The position numbers were made by a program, and so were the translations under genes. Below the pieces are notes generated by a model that worked only from the letters and a program-made list of their open reading frames with translations, did no database searches and had not been told where the DNA came from. 32,000 bases of DNA from the sequence record MH844558.1; one strand, 5' to 3'. Below are positions 18,401 to 26,563 of the stretch, one piece after another. Numbering within the stretch: the stretch's first letter is position 1; each line of letters begins with the position of its first letter. This DNA comes from Exiguobacterium phage vB_EauM-23.

Positions 18401-18796
18401 GTGGAATTGATGCGACAACAGCTTACGGATCACCAACGGGTGCTAGAGGAACACACGGAGATATTGAAAAGTCACACGGAACAATTGAAGACCGTGACGG
18501 ACGTGCAAAAGAAGCACGACGAGACGATCACGGAGATGAACGCGAACTACATGAAGCTCGAGAACACGATTTTCCGTGAGAACAAAGAGACGCGCGACAT
18601 GATGCGTGGCACGATGGAGAAGCAATTCACGCTGATCGAGCAACTGACGGGATTTAGGGAGTCGGCGGCGGTGCGTGACACGGACATCAACAAGTTACGT
18701 ATCGAGACACGGCGGGATATTATGTTCAAGATCATCGGTTACGTCTCGACGGCGACGGTGGCCGGGGGCTTTTTATACGAGTACGTCATCAAATAA
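18401..18796 (+). CDS. XhlA-like hemolysin/lysis-associated membrane protein
   Basis: GTG 18401 after AAGGAGAGG; coiled coil then C-terminal TM (MFKIIGYVSTATVAGGFLYEYVIK). Confidence 0.72.
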   Translation: MELMRQQLTDHQRVLEEHTEILKSHTEQLKTVTDVQKKHDETITEMNANYMKLENTIFRENKETRDMMRGTMEKQFTLIEQLTGFRESAAVRDTDINKLRIETRRDIMFKIIGYVSTATVAGGFLYEYVIK

Positions 18797-18811
18797 AGGG
18801 AGGAATCACAT

Positions 18812-19801
18812 ATGACTATCAAGGTTAAGTTCGACCCAGGACACGGCGGGGATGACCCGGGAGCGGTTGGCAACGGGTTACGTGAAAAGGACCTCACGCT
18901 CGCGATTGCTCTTGCTGCTGAAAAACATCTGAATGACAATTACGATGGCGTCGAGGTACGTCTGACACGTCGGGGCGACTCGACACTGTCCTTGCTCGCG
19001 CGGACGAACCAGGCGATCAACTGGGGCGCTGATTCGCTCGTATCAATCCACATCAACAGCGCGACGAACGCCACGGCAACGGGCTACGAGGATTTTCGAC
19101 ATACCACGCAAGGCGAGACGAGCCCGAGCGGACGTTTGCAGTCGGCCGTCCACTCGAAGGTGTCGCCGTTCTTCCCGCGCAACAGAGGCAAGAAACAGGC
19201 GAACTATCACATGGTCCGTGAGGCGACCGTCCGAGGTCCGGGTAAACATTCGGTTCCTTCGACACTCACGGAGTGCGGGTTCATCGTCAACACGGCGGAC
19301 GCGACCTTGCTCAAGGACAAAGGTTTCCTCGAACGCCTTGGTGTCGCCCATGCCGAGGGTGTGGCGGCGTTCCACGGGTTGAAACGAAAGCAAGCGCCGA
19401 AGCCCGTCGTCCCACAAGTCATCAAACCACCGTCAAGCGCCGTCAAGATCGGCTCGCTCATCACGAAGCAGGACGTCCCTGCCTACGCCCGTCCGGAATG
19501 GGGCACGCAGACCGGTCAAGTCGTCCGCAAGGGGCAGAACCGCCACGTGTACGCCATTAAGAACGGCTGGTATCAACTGTTCAGCGGCGAGTGGCTCCCG
19601 TCGCAGTCGGGCGCGAACTTCGATTATATGTCCGTAAAAAAGTCTGAACCCGTCACGGTGGAGCCTAAGAAGACACTCAAACGCGTGATCGTGGACGGGA
19701 AACAGGTCGGCGCTTTCGCCGCGAACGAGGGTGTCGTGCTCGTCGTGTCGGACGCTTTGAAAGGCAATGCCAAAAATATCAGAGTGGAGGAGATCAAATG
19801 A
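18812..19801 (+). CDS. N-acetylmuramoyl-L-alanine amidase (Amidase_3) endolysin with C-terminal cell-wall-binding-like region
   Basis: VKFDPGHGGDDPGAVGNGLREKDLTLAIALAAEKHL...LVSIHINSATN...VHSKVSPFFPRNRGKKQANYHMVREATVPS-like...STLTECGFIVN. Confidence 0.93.
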   Translation: MTIKVKFDPGHGGDDPGAVGNGLREKDLTLAIALAAEKHLNDNYDGVEVRLTRRGDSTLSLLARTNQAINWGADSLVSIHINSATNATATGYEDFRHTTQGETSPSGRLQSAVHSKVSPFFPRNRGKKQANYHMVREATVRGPGKHSVPSTLTECGFIVNTADATLLKDKGFLERLGVAHAEGVAAFHGLKRKQAPKPVVPQVIKPPSSAVKIGSLITKQDVPAYARPEWGTQTGQVVRKGQNRHVYAIKNGWYQLFSGEWLPSQSGANFDYMSVKKSEPVTVEPKKTLKRVIVDGKQVGAFAANEGVVLVVSDALKGNAKNIRVEEIK

Positions 19802-20001
19802 TCGACTGGAAAGCTCGTCTCCGTCATCCCGCCACATATGCGGCGATCGTCGGGTTGCTCATGCTGTTCGTCAACCGGTTCGCTCCTGTCGAGGTCGGGT
19901 TCATGCAGGAGTTGTTCACCTTGCTAGGTGTCGTGCTCGTATCGGTCGGTGTCATCGCTGACACGTCGACGCCAGGCATCACCGACGACCACAAGGATTG
20001 A
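19798..20001 (+). CDS. Holin (phi LC3-like family)
   Basis: 67 aa: MIDWKARLRHPATYAAIVGLLMLFVNRFAPVEVGFMQELFTLLGVVLVSVGVIADTSTPGITDDHKD; ATGA overlap with the amidase. Confidence 0.88.
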   Translation: MIDWKARLRHPATYAAIVGLLMLFVNRFAPVEVGFMQELFTLLGVVLVSVGVIADTSTPGITDDHKD

Positions 20002-20391
20002 CCAACATTTCAAAAACATCCCTTCCATTCCTGTAAATGTTAGGGCTATAATCAGACTATCAAAAGCGGTTGAGACGACTATACTTTGCACAATGGAGGT
20101 GAGTCGTCCTCCCATCCAAATCGCACCGCTCGAGATACCTGCATTTTTGTCACGTTTTACTCACGTAGACCGTCGGGAGATGGCCGGTACGATATAAAAA
20201 ACGAGATAACATCAATTTTTCGTTTTTACGCGTTACAAAAATCACCAGGCTTCAACACTGTATGTCAGTACAGACCTCAACCCGTTCGGCGGGACCTTGC
20301 CGGTTCAGGATCTAACCCATCCGATACCGGTCGGGGCGTGGCTCACAGGACCACCGCCAAGGATGATAACGATCCGCGGTCAACAGATGAG

Positions 20392-20421
20392 CGCCCCTTC
20401 GTCGTGCAGGGGCGTTTTTTT
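20392..20421 (+). terminator. Strong Rho-independent terminator closing the late/lysis operon
   Basis: CGCCCCT(20392-20398)/AGGGGCG(20408-20414) followed by TTTTTTT. Confidence 0.85.
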
Positions 20422-20663
20422 ATTTTTGGTCAATGTTGAATTCATGCGATATAATACAGGTACGTTCATTCGTTCCATCTTTTTTCTCCTAAAATGCGGC
20501 GTGGTACCCGCAAACAGGCGTCTCGGTTCGGCACATCGGTGCAGAGTCGGGGCGTCTTTTTTTGTGTGCTTTTATGGGTATAAAGACTCAATATCATAAA
20601 AACACGACAAAACCATTGCATAAACAAGACATAGGCGTTACATTGTTATCAGGAGGTGAACGC

Positions 20664-20879
20664 ATGAGTTGGAATGAAAGATTGAAAGAGAAGCGCGTCG
20701 TCGACGCGCTGACGCAAGAAGAACTGGCGAAGATGATCGGCGTGTCCCGTCAACATCTCGCATTGTGGGAATCGGGTCGTCAATTGCCTAGCCCGACGAA
20801 TCGAAGAAAGATCGCGGAGTATATCGGGAAGCCGGTACATGAGGCTTTCGCGGACTTATTAACCAAGGAGGAATCGTGA
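20664..20879 (+). CDS. XRE-family HTH transcriptional regulator (Cro/CI-like, YozG-like)
   Basis: ATG 20664 after AGGAGGTGAAC (track start 20562 is too long); MSWNERLKEKRVVDALTQEELAKMIGVSRQHLALWESGRQLPSPTNRRKIAEYIGKP. Confidence 0.85.
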   Translation: MSWNERLKEKRVVDALTQEELAKMIGVSRQHLALWESGRQLPSPTNRRKIAEYIGKPVHEAFADLLTKEES

Positions 20880-21853
20880 TGCAAATTATTGCAAATACAA
20901 ACGGGATGAGCCGTGACGAGTGGCTCGCTATGAGGAAGAACGGACTGGGCGGCAGCGACGCAGCCGTCGTAGCGGGTTTGAATCAATACAAGTCACCATT
21001 CACGTTGTTCCTTGAGAAGACGGGTCAGATCGATGCAGACGACGTCTATGAGACGGACGAGGACGGTGCATTCGTGAGCGGAAGTGAGGCGGCTTACTTC
21101 GGTAACAAGGATGAGGAAGCTGTCGCCGCAGAGTTCGCGCTCCGAACGAAGTTAAAAGTTCGACGCGATAACCGCATGATGGCCCATAAAGATTACCCGT
21201 GGATGCTCGCAAACATCGACCGACGTATCATCGGGACAAACGAGATCCTTGAGTGTAAGACGGCAAGCGAGTACTTAAAAGGAGAGTGGGAAGGTGACGA
21301 CCTACCTCAGCAGTATTACATCCAGGGGATGCACTACCTTGCTGTAACCGGCGCAAAAGCGGTTTGGTTCGCGGTAAAGATTGGCGGTAATAAATTCATT
21401 TACAAACGGATCGAGCGGGACGACGAGGTCATCGCAGACTTAATCGCCATCGAGAAGGACTTTTGGGAGAATCACGTCGTACCCGGATTCGCACCTTCAA
21501 TCGACGGTTCGGATGCGTCGTCTAACTTCTTGGCAAAGATGTTCAAAGGGAATCCGGATTCAGAGATGCTGCTCGATACCGAGGCGGATCAGTTGATTCA
21601 AGAACTGGAAGAAGCGAAGAATTCGAAGAAGCAGATCGACGAGCTCGTGAAGATGTACGAGAACCGCTTGAAACAAAAACTCGGAGACGTTGAGACCGGT
21701 AAAGCGTCATCTCACCTTGTCACCTGGAAGTCAGTGAGCTCGAGCCGGGTCGATAGCAAACTACTAAAATCGGAATATCCCGATATTTATGAAGCGGTCG
21801 TCAAGCCATCAGTGTCACGTCGGTTCGGCGTCAAAAAGCTAAAGGAGAAGTGA
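20879..21853 (+). CDS. YqaJ-like viral recombinase / alkaline exonuclease
   Basis: TNGMSRDEWLAMRKNGLGGSDAAVVAGLNQYKSPFTLFLEKTGQ; MLANIDRRIIGTNEILECKTAS. ATG overlaps the upstream TGA; GTG 20876 is an alternative start. Confidence 0.93.
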   Translation: MQIIANTNGMSRDEWLAMRKNGLGGSDAAVVAGLNQYKSPFTLFLEKTGQIDADDVYETDEDGAFVSGSEAAYFGNKDEEAVAAEFALRTKLKVRRDNRMMAHKDYPWMLANIDRRIIGTNEILECKTASEYLKGEWEGDDLPQQYYIQGMHYLAVTGAKAVWFAVKIGGNKFIYKRIERDDEVIADLIAIEKDFWENHVVPGFAPSIDGSDASSNFLAKMFKGNPDSEMLLDTEADQLIQELEEAKNSKKQIDELVKMYENRLKQKLGDVETGKASSHLVTWKSVSSSRVDSKLLKSEYPDIYEAVVKPSVSRRFGVKKLKEK

Positions 21854-21857
21854 CAAC

Positions 21858-22421
21858 GTGTGGAAAGATATCAGAGGATACGAAGGTGTTTATCAGATCA
21901 ATGAGGCGGGACAAGTGAAAAGGCTCGATAGCGGCAGGATCTTGAAAGTCGCCATCGGCAAAATCGGCTATCCAGTCGTTTCGCTCTGGAAAAACAACAA
22001 GGGTCAGATGAAATATATTCATAGAATGCTAGGGGAAACCTTCTTGCCTAACGACGACCCGCTCAAAAAGACCACCATCAATCACATCGACGGAAACAAG
22101 GCCAACAATGATTTGAGCAATCTCGAATGGGCCACACCATCCGAAAACCTCAAACACGCTTACGACACCGGGCTAAAAGTCGTCACTGATAAGGTCAGAG
22201 AAGCGACTCGAAGGAAAGCTGCTCGAGACAACGCCGGAAACTCATACAGATCCATTCCAGTCATCATGATCGACGAGTTCGGGAACGAGTTGCAGGAGTT
22301 CGATAGCATCAAGCACGCTGCCGATGAGATAGGCTGTCACCGTATGGGCGTCTATCGGGTATTGAAAGGCCGCGCCAAAACAATAAAAAACAAGCGCTTC
22401 AAATACAAGGAGGAACTATAA
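21858..22421 (+). CDS. Free-standing HNH homing endonuclease (NUMOD4-HNH-NUMOD1 type)
   Basis: WKDIRGYEGVYQINEAGQVKRLDSG...INHIDGNKANNDLSNLEWATPSENLKHAYDTGL...VIMIDEFGNELQEFDSIKHAADEIG; GTG start. Confidence 0.93.
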   Translation: MWKDIRGYEGVYQINEAGQVKRLDSGRILKVAIGKIGYPVVSLWKNNKGQMKYIHRMLGETFLPNDDPLKKTTINHIDGNKANNDLSNLEWATPSENLKHAYDTGLKVVTDKVREATRRKAARDNAGNSYRSIPVIMIDEFGNELQEFDSIKHAADEIGCHRMGVYRVLKGRAKTIKNKRFKYKEEL

Positions 22422-22422
22422 C

Positions 22423-23277
22423 ATGGCAAACGTAAACGATACGAAAAACGCACTCAAGAGCAAGGCGAACAGCGCTGTCGCATCACAGGACAAACCGCAG
22501 ATGACGCCAAAACAGCAGGTCAAGCATTACCTTGAAAGTATGCAGGGAGACATCGCGAAGGCGTTGCCGTCTCACATCACGCCGGAGCGGATGACGAACA
22601 TCGCACTCACGGTCATTCGGTCGAATCCGGCTTTGCTCGAATGTTCGGTACCGTCATTACTCGGCGCGGTCGTCCAGGCGGCGCAACTCGGACTCGAGCC
22701 CGGCTTGATTGGTCACTGCTACTTCGTGCCATTCAATAACAAGAAGAAGGTTAACGGTCAAGACGTTTGGCAGAAAGACGTCCAGTTCATCATCGGGTTC
22801 CGTGGCATGATCGATCTATCTCGTCGTTCTGGCCACATGAAAAACATTTACGCTTACACGGTCCACGAAAACGACGAATTCGAATACGAGCTCGGTCTCG
22901 AGCCTAAACTTCATCACAAGCCGGCCATTGGCGACCGCGGCGCTCTCATCTACGTCTACGGTGTCGCTCACTTTAAGGACGGCGGGTATCATATGGAAAT
23001 CATGTCACGGGAAGAAGTCGATGCGATCCGCTCGAAGTCTAAGGCAGGCACATACGGGCCGTGGAAAGATCATTACGAAGAGATGGCCAAGAAGACAGTC
23101 ATCCGCCGGATGTTCAAGTACTTGCCGATCTCGATTGAAATCCAGGACAACATCACGAAAGACGAGACGGTTCGCCGTGACATCACATCAGAACCGGAAA
23201 CGATTGAGTATATGGAGGCTGAGACTGAATTAATCGAAGCCCCGAAGCAAGAACAACCCGAAACACCGTTTGATTGA
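22423..23277 (+). CDS. recT: RecT-family single-strand annealing recombinase
   Basis: PKQQVKHYLESMQGDIAKALPSHITPERMTNIALTVIRSNPALLECSVPSLLGAVVQAAQLGLEPGLIGHCYFVPFNN...FIIGFRGMIDLSRRSG. Confidence 0.96.
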   Translation: MANVNDTKNALKSKANSAVASQDKPQMTPKQQVKHYLESMQGDIAKALPSHITPERMTNIALTVIRSNPALLECSVPSLLGAVVQAAQLGLEPGLIGHCYFVPFNNKKKVNGQDVWQKDVQFIIGFRGMIDLSRRSGHMKNIYAYTVHENDEFEYELGLEPKLHHKPAIGDRGALIYVYGVAHFKDGGYHMEIMSREEVDAIRSKSKAGTYGPWKDHYEEMAKKTVIRRMFKYLPISIEIQDNITKDETVRRDITSEPETIEYMEAETELIEAPKQEQPETPFD

Positions 23278-23282
23278 GCGTA

Positions 23283-23305
23283 AGGCGGGAAACCGCCTCT
23301 CTTTT
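23283..23305 (+). terminator. Terminator after recT
   Basis: AGGCGG(23283-23288)-GAAA-CCGCCT(23293-23298)-CTCTTTT. Confidence 0.7.
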
Positions 23306-23351
23306 ATCAGACGATCGGGATGAATGATAAATTTTATAGGGAGATGATGAA

Positions 23352-23531
23352 ATGGAAAACTATATCGTTTACTTCTCTGATGATGAATATCTGTGTGGGT
23401 ATGATTTATCGAATAATAGCGTGACTGTTACCGCAGATATTTCAGAAGCGACAAAGCTAACGAAAACAACAGCTTCTTGGGTTGCTGAAAGAGTTGGAGC
23501 GAAGTTTAAAGAGCTCCCACAAGACCAATAA
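23352..23531 (+). CDS. 59-aa hypothetical protein (below supplied track cutoff)
   Basis: MENYIVYFSDDEYLCGYDLSNNSVTVTADISEATKLTKTTASWVAERVGAKFKELPQDQ*; upstream GGGAGATGATGA. Confidence 0.6.
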   Translation: MENYIVYFSDDEYLCGYDLSNNSVTVTADISEATKLTKTTASWVAERVGAKFKELPQDQ

Positions 23532-23576
23532 AATTATGATTTCCAACCAAACAACCAATAAAAGGAGACTACTCAC

Positions 23577-23981
23577 ATGAAAAAGGTATTCAAGTTCTTC
23601 ATCATCACATTCTTCGTCCTCGTCGGTTTAGGCATCGCCGCGTCGCTCGGGGAGACGGACCAGGAACAGACGGCGCAACCGGTCGATGAAGTCGTCGCTG
23701 AGAAAGCAGAGGCCGAGGCACCGAAAGAGGAAGCCAAAGAGGAACCGAAGTCCGAGCTTCCTGGCAAGGTCGAATATGACGCGGTGAAGAACGGCATGAC
23801 CCGTGAACAGGTCGAGCAGTTGTTCGAGAAGGTGGACGTGATCAGCGAATCAGAGTCAGAGGTCGCGGGCTACTCGTCACTCGCGGTATCTTACAAGGCA
23901 AGCGGCGATCTAGGCGCGAACATCTTCATCATCTTCATGGACGGCGTCGTCGAGTCAAAATCAAACTTCGGTGTGAAATGA
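23577..23981 (+). CDS. Membrane-anchored/secreted small protein, BLIP/SmpA-like C-terminus (DUF3862-like)
   Basis: N-terminal TM MKKVFKFFIITFFVLVGLGIAASLG, acidic Glu/Pro linker, then YDAVKNGMTREQVEQLFEKV...IFIIFMDGVVESKSNFGVK. Confidence 0.7.
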   Translation: MKKVFKFFIITFFVLVGLGIAASLGETDQEQTAQPVDEVVAEKAEAEAPKEEAKEEPKSELPGKVEYDAVKNGMTREQVEQLFEKVDVISESESEVAGYSSLAVSYKASGDLGANIFIIFMDGVVESKSNFGVK

Positions 23982-23987
23982 GTTAGG

Positions 23988-24015
23988 GCATCCCTCGGGG
24001 TGCTCTTTTATTTTA
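23988..24015 (+). terminator. Rho-independent terminator
   Basis: GCATCC(23988-23993)-CTCG-GGGTGC(23998-24003)-TCTTTTATTTT. Confidence 0.7.
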
Positions 24016-24064
24016 CAACCGAAAGATTTTTTGCGAAATAAAGTCAATAATATCCTTTTGATTG

Positions 24065-24093
24065 TTGATTAATCGAACTCGACGTTGTAAACT
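24065..24093 (+). promoter_or_regulatory. Candidate sigma-A promoter for the replication operon
   Basis: TTGATT (24065-24070), 17-bp spacer, TAAACT (24088-24093), downstream of a terminator and upstream of 24126. Confidence 0.5.
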
Positions 24094-24125
24094 AAAGTCA
24101 AGCGAGTGAAAGGAGACGAAATATC

Positions 24126-24338
24126 ATGTCAGACGTATTAAAAAAGTTGGGCGAAACGATGTATAAGACTAAACTATCAAAAGGTCAAATCGTCGTACTT
24201 ATCGCCGAGATGAACGGAGTAAGCCGTCAGTCGGTCTATTCGTGGCTCAAGACGGGCAAGGAAATCGAACAAGCGCGGATCAACGCCGCTCTTGACGACA
24301 TTATCAAGCAAGGAGAAATGAAGGAGCGAGGTAATTAA
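24126..24338 (+). CDS. Small HTH DNA-binding protein
   Basis: 70 aa: LSKGQIVVLIAEMNGVSRQSVYSWLKTGKEIEQARINAALDDIIKQG; RBS AAAGGAGACG. Confidence 0.7.
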   Translation: MSDVLKKLGETMYKTKLSKGQIVVLIAEMNGVSRQSVYSWLKTGKEIEQARINAALDDIIKQGEMKERGN

Positions 24339-24339
24339 T

Positions 24340-25227
24340 ATGATCCAATCGAGTGGGAATACAATCGTGGATAACATGGCACAATTCAACCCAACAGGAA
24401 TCATCATCCCACACACTTGGTTCAAAGCGATCCAAAAGAGCGGAAAGCCATATATGCCGGCGATCGTTGCGCTTGCCGAAATCGTTTACTGGTACCGCCC
24501 GAAAGTGGAACGGGATGAGTCGAGCGGTCGACTGATCGGTTACAAGAAACGGTTCAAAGCGGACAAGTTGCAAAAGAGCGCCGGCGGTTTGGCTGAAACA
24601 TTCGGGTTCACTAAGAAACAGATGACGGATGCGATGTCCTTCCTGCAAAAAATGAACCTCATCGACATCGAATTGCGGACCATAACAACGGGTGATGGTG
24701 TCAGATTAAACAACGTTCGTTTTATCGAAATTAACTCAAAAAAAGTCTTTGAAATCACGTACCCTATGACTTCCAAGTTACAGGGGTATGACCCACAAGT
24801 TATAGGGCTATCACCTGTAAGTCATACAAATACAGAGATTACTTATACAGAGACTACAAATACAAAAGATTCATCATCAGCGAGCCCGCTAAAACGAGTC
24901 TTTTCTTCTTACCAAGAAAATATCTATCACAACATCTCAGGCATCGACCAACAGAAATTAATCGACGACATCGAGACGTTCGGTGACGATATGGTCCTGT
25001 ACGCCATAGAAGAGGCTGTGACGAACAACAAGCGGTCTTACAAGTACATGGAAGCCATCATGCGAGCATGGCGTCAGGAGGGCGTTAAAACGCTCGAGGA
25101 GGCAAAGGCGAGAACAGAGGCTCGTCAAAACAAACAGAGCAACCGACGGGGAGGAAACGGACGTGCAAAAGGCTTCAAAGTTGATGAACAGTCAAAACAG
25201 GATTACGTGGACAATTGGAACTGGTGA
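24340..25227 (+). CDS. Replication initiator, DnaD-like
   Basis: Helical N-terminal module (TKKQMTDAMSFLQKMNLIDIE) and C-terminal DnaD-like ISGIDQQKLIDDIETFGDDMVLYAIEEAVTNNKRSYKYMEAIMRAWRQEGVKTLEEA. Confidence 0.85.
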   Translation: MIQSSGNTIVDNMAQFNPTGIIIPHTWFKAIQKSGKPYMPAIVALAEIVYWYRPKVERDESSGRLIGYKKRFKADKLQKSAGGLAETFGFTKKQMTDAMSFLQKMNLIDIELRTITTGDGVRLNNVRFIEINSKKVFEITYPMTSKLQGYDPQVIGLSPVSHTNTEITYTETTNTKDSSSASPLKRVFSSYQENIYHNISGIDQQKLIDDIETFGDDMVLYAIEEAVTNNKRSYKYMEAIMRAWRQEGVKTLEEAKARTEARQNKQSNRRGGNGRAKGFKVDEQSKQDYVDNWNW

Positions 25228-26065
25228 GTATTGCGAGAAGCATCCCGACGAGGAACTGGTGAAGACGAACCCGGAATTCTTCAAGAGCTTCAAAGAACCG
25301 CCACCGAATACGCCGGTATGTCCGGCCTGTACCCGTGAGAACATCGCCCAGGAAGACAGGAAGATTGCAAAGACCGCACAACTCAGCGCACACATCACGA
25401 GAACACATAAGGTCTTGAAAGAACAATCCATAATCACAGATAACACGTTGAAGGTAGCAACGTTTGACTCGTTCAAACGAGACACGGGCGAACAGATCCG
25501 CAACTTCGAGCAGATGAAGGAAGTCGTGAACGCCATCGTCAAAGGGGAACCGCTCAATGTCTGGCTCGTTGGAAAGGCAGGACGGGGTAAGAGCCACCTG
25601 GCCATGTCAGCGCTCGACAAAATCAATGAGTTCGGACGCACGAAGATTGATAAGGCGTTCCACGAAGACGGTAATTTTGAAGGTGAGGGTTTCAGTTGCC
25701 TGTTCGTCAGTGTCGACAAGATGCTTCAACTGATTCGGGGCAGCTTCTCGGACAAGGAGAGCAAGTACACGGAGGATAGGTGTATCGATATGTGTACACG
25801 GGCCGGCGTCCTTGTCCTCGACGACCTGGGAGCGGAATCGGGCGCCATCGAGGAAGACGAGCGGGCGAACAAGTTCGTTCACCGTGTTCTCTACGCCATC
25901 GCCAACGGACGAATGGACAAGGCGACTATCATCACGACGAACCTCAAGGCAGAGCAACGGGCGGCGTTGTACGACGAAAAGCTCATCTCGCGCCTATACA
26001 GCAACAAAGCGGAATTATTGTTTATCGAGTCGCCGGATATGCGGGCGAGTCAATTCGAATGGTGA
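25163..26065 (+). CDS. DnaC-like helicase loader ATPase
   Basis: CPACTREN zinc-like cluster; GKAGRGKSHLAMSALDKI (Walker A); VLVLDDLGAE (Walker B). Start uncertain (25163 or 25190). Confidence 0.9.
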   Translation: MQKASKLMNSQNRITWTIGTGEYCEKHPDEELVKTNPEFFKSFKEPPPNTPVCPACTRENIAQEDRKIAKTAQLSAHITRTHKVLKEQSIITDNTLKVATFDSFKRDTGEQIRNFEQMKEVVNAIVKGEPLNVWLVGKAGRGKSHLAMSALDKINEFGRTKIDKAFHEDGNFEGEGFSCLFVSVDKMLQLIRGSFSDKESKYTEDRCIDMCTRAGVLVLDDLGAESGAIEEDERANKFVHRVLYAIANGRMDKATIITTNLKAEQRAALYDEKLISRLYSNKAELLFIESPDMRASQFEW

Positions 26066-26074
26066 GGTGAATCG

Positions 26075-26563
26075 ATGTTTAAGCATATTTGGGAGTATTA
26101 CAACTTTTATAAAATGCCAAAGAAAATAGGCGACTTAATCGAACACAGAGGTGAGTCCCTTTACATCGTCGGTATCGAAGAAATTAATCTTAATGGCGTT
26201 GCTAACCGCTTAGACGTTTTGTATACGTGTCAAAGTTTACAAGCGGATTTTCAAAAGGTCGGCTCAAGACAACTTAGTGATTGGGATTTACCAATAGCAT
26301 GGGCGACTTTGAAAACGCCGTTCTCTAGTAATTACAAACAAAACCCATTCAAAACGATTCATCCGGGTCGAGTGGTCCCGATCAAAGAAGCTTTTTACAA
26401 GATAGTGGAGTATACAGATATCGAAATCAAAGGCACAGACATCGTAATTTACTTTTCGGTGAAAGAGTTGCAAGCCATCAGACCGAAATTAGCAAAAACG
26501 ATGATGTTAGAGTCGCGTAAAAAGTTACTTGGATTGCAAGTTTATGAGGGGGGAGCAGAATGA
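26075..26563 (+). CDS. Hypothetical early phage protein
   Basis: 162 aa continuous ORF after dnaC-like; GGGGGGAGC RBS precedes the next gene. Confidence 0.65.
   Translation: MFKHIWEYYNFYKMPKKIGDLIEHRGESLYIVGIEEINLNGVANRLDVLYTCQSLQADFQKVGSRQLSDWDLPIAWATLKTPFSSNYKQNPFKTIHPGRVVPIKEAFYKIVEYTDIEIKGTDIVIYFSVKELQAIRPKLAKTMMLESRKKLLGLQVYEGGAE

Noticed and set aside
20086-20439. 117-aa + strand ORF in the lysis/early junction
   Set aside because: Runs through a strong terminator hairpin, has no RBS, and its composition is not coding-like; better explained as non-coding.
20520-20562. Second terminator near GGCGTCTCGG...GGGGCGTCTTTTTTT
   Set aside because: The GGCGTC sequences are direct repeats, not complementary arms; only a short GCAC/GTGC stem could be found, so a terminator is not supported despite the T-run.
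20562-20663. N-terminal extension of the XRE regulator in the supplied track
   Set aside because: AGGAGGTGAAC correctly spaced before ATG 20664 and the start of the HTH homology argue for the shorter gene.
25192-25719. 175-aa minus-strand ORF opposite the DnaC-like gene
   Set aside because: Complement of a confidently assigned ATPase gene; Cys/Ser/Leu-rich composition expected from antisense of such a gene.
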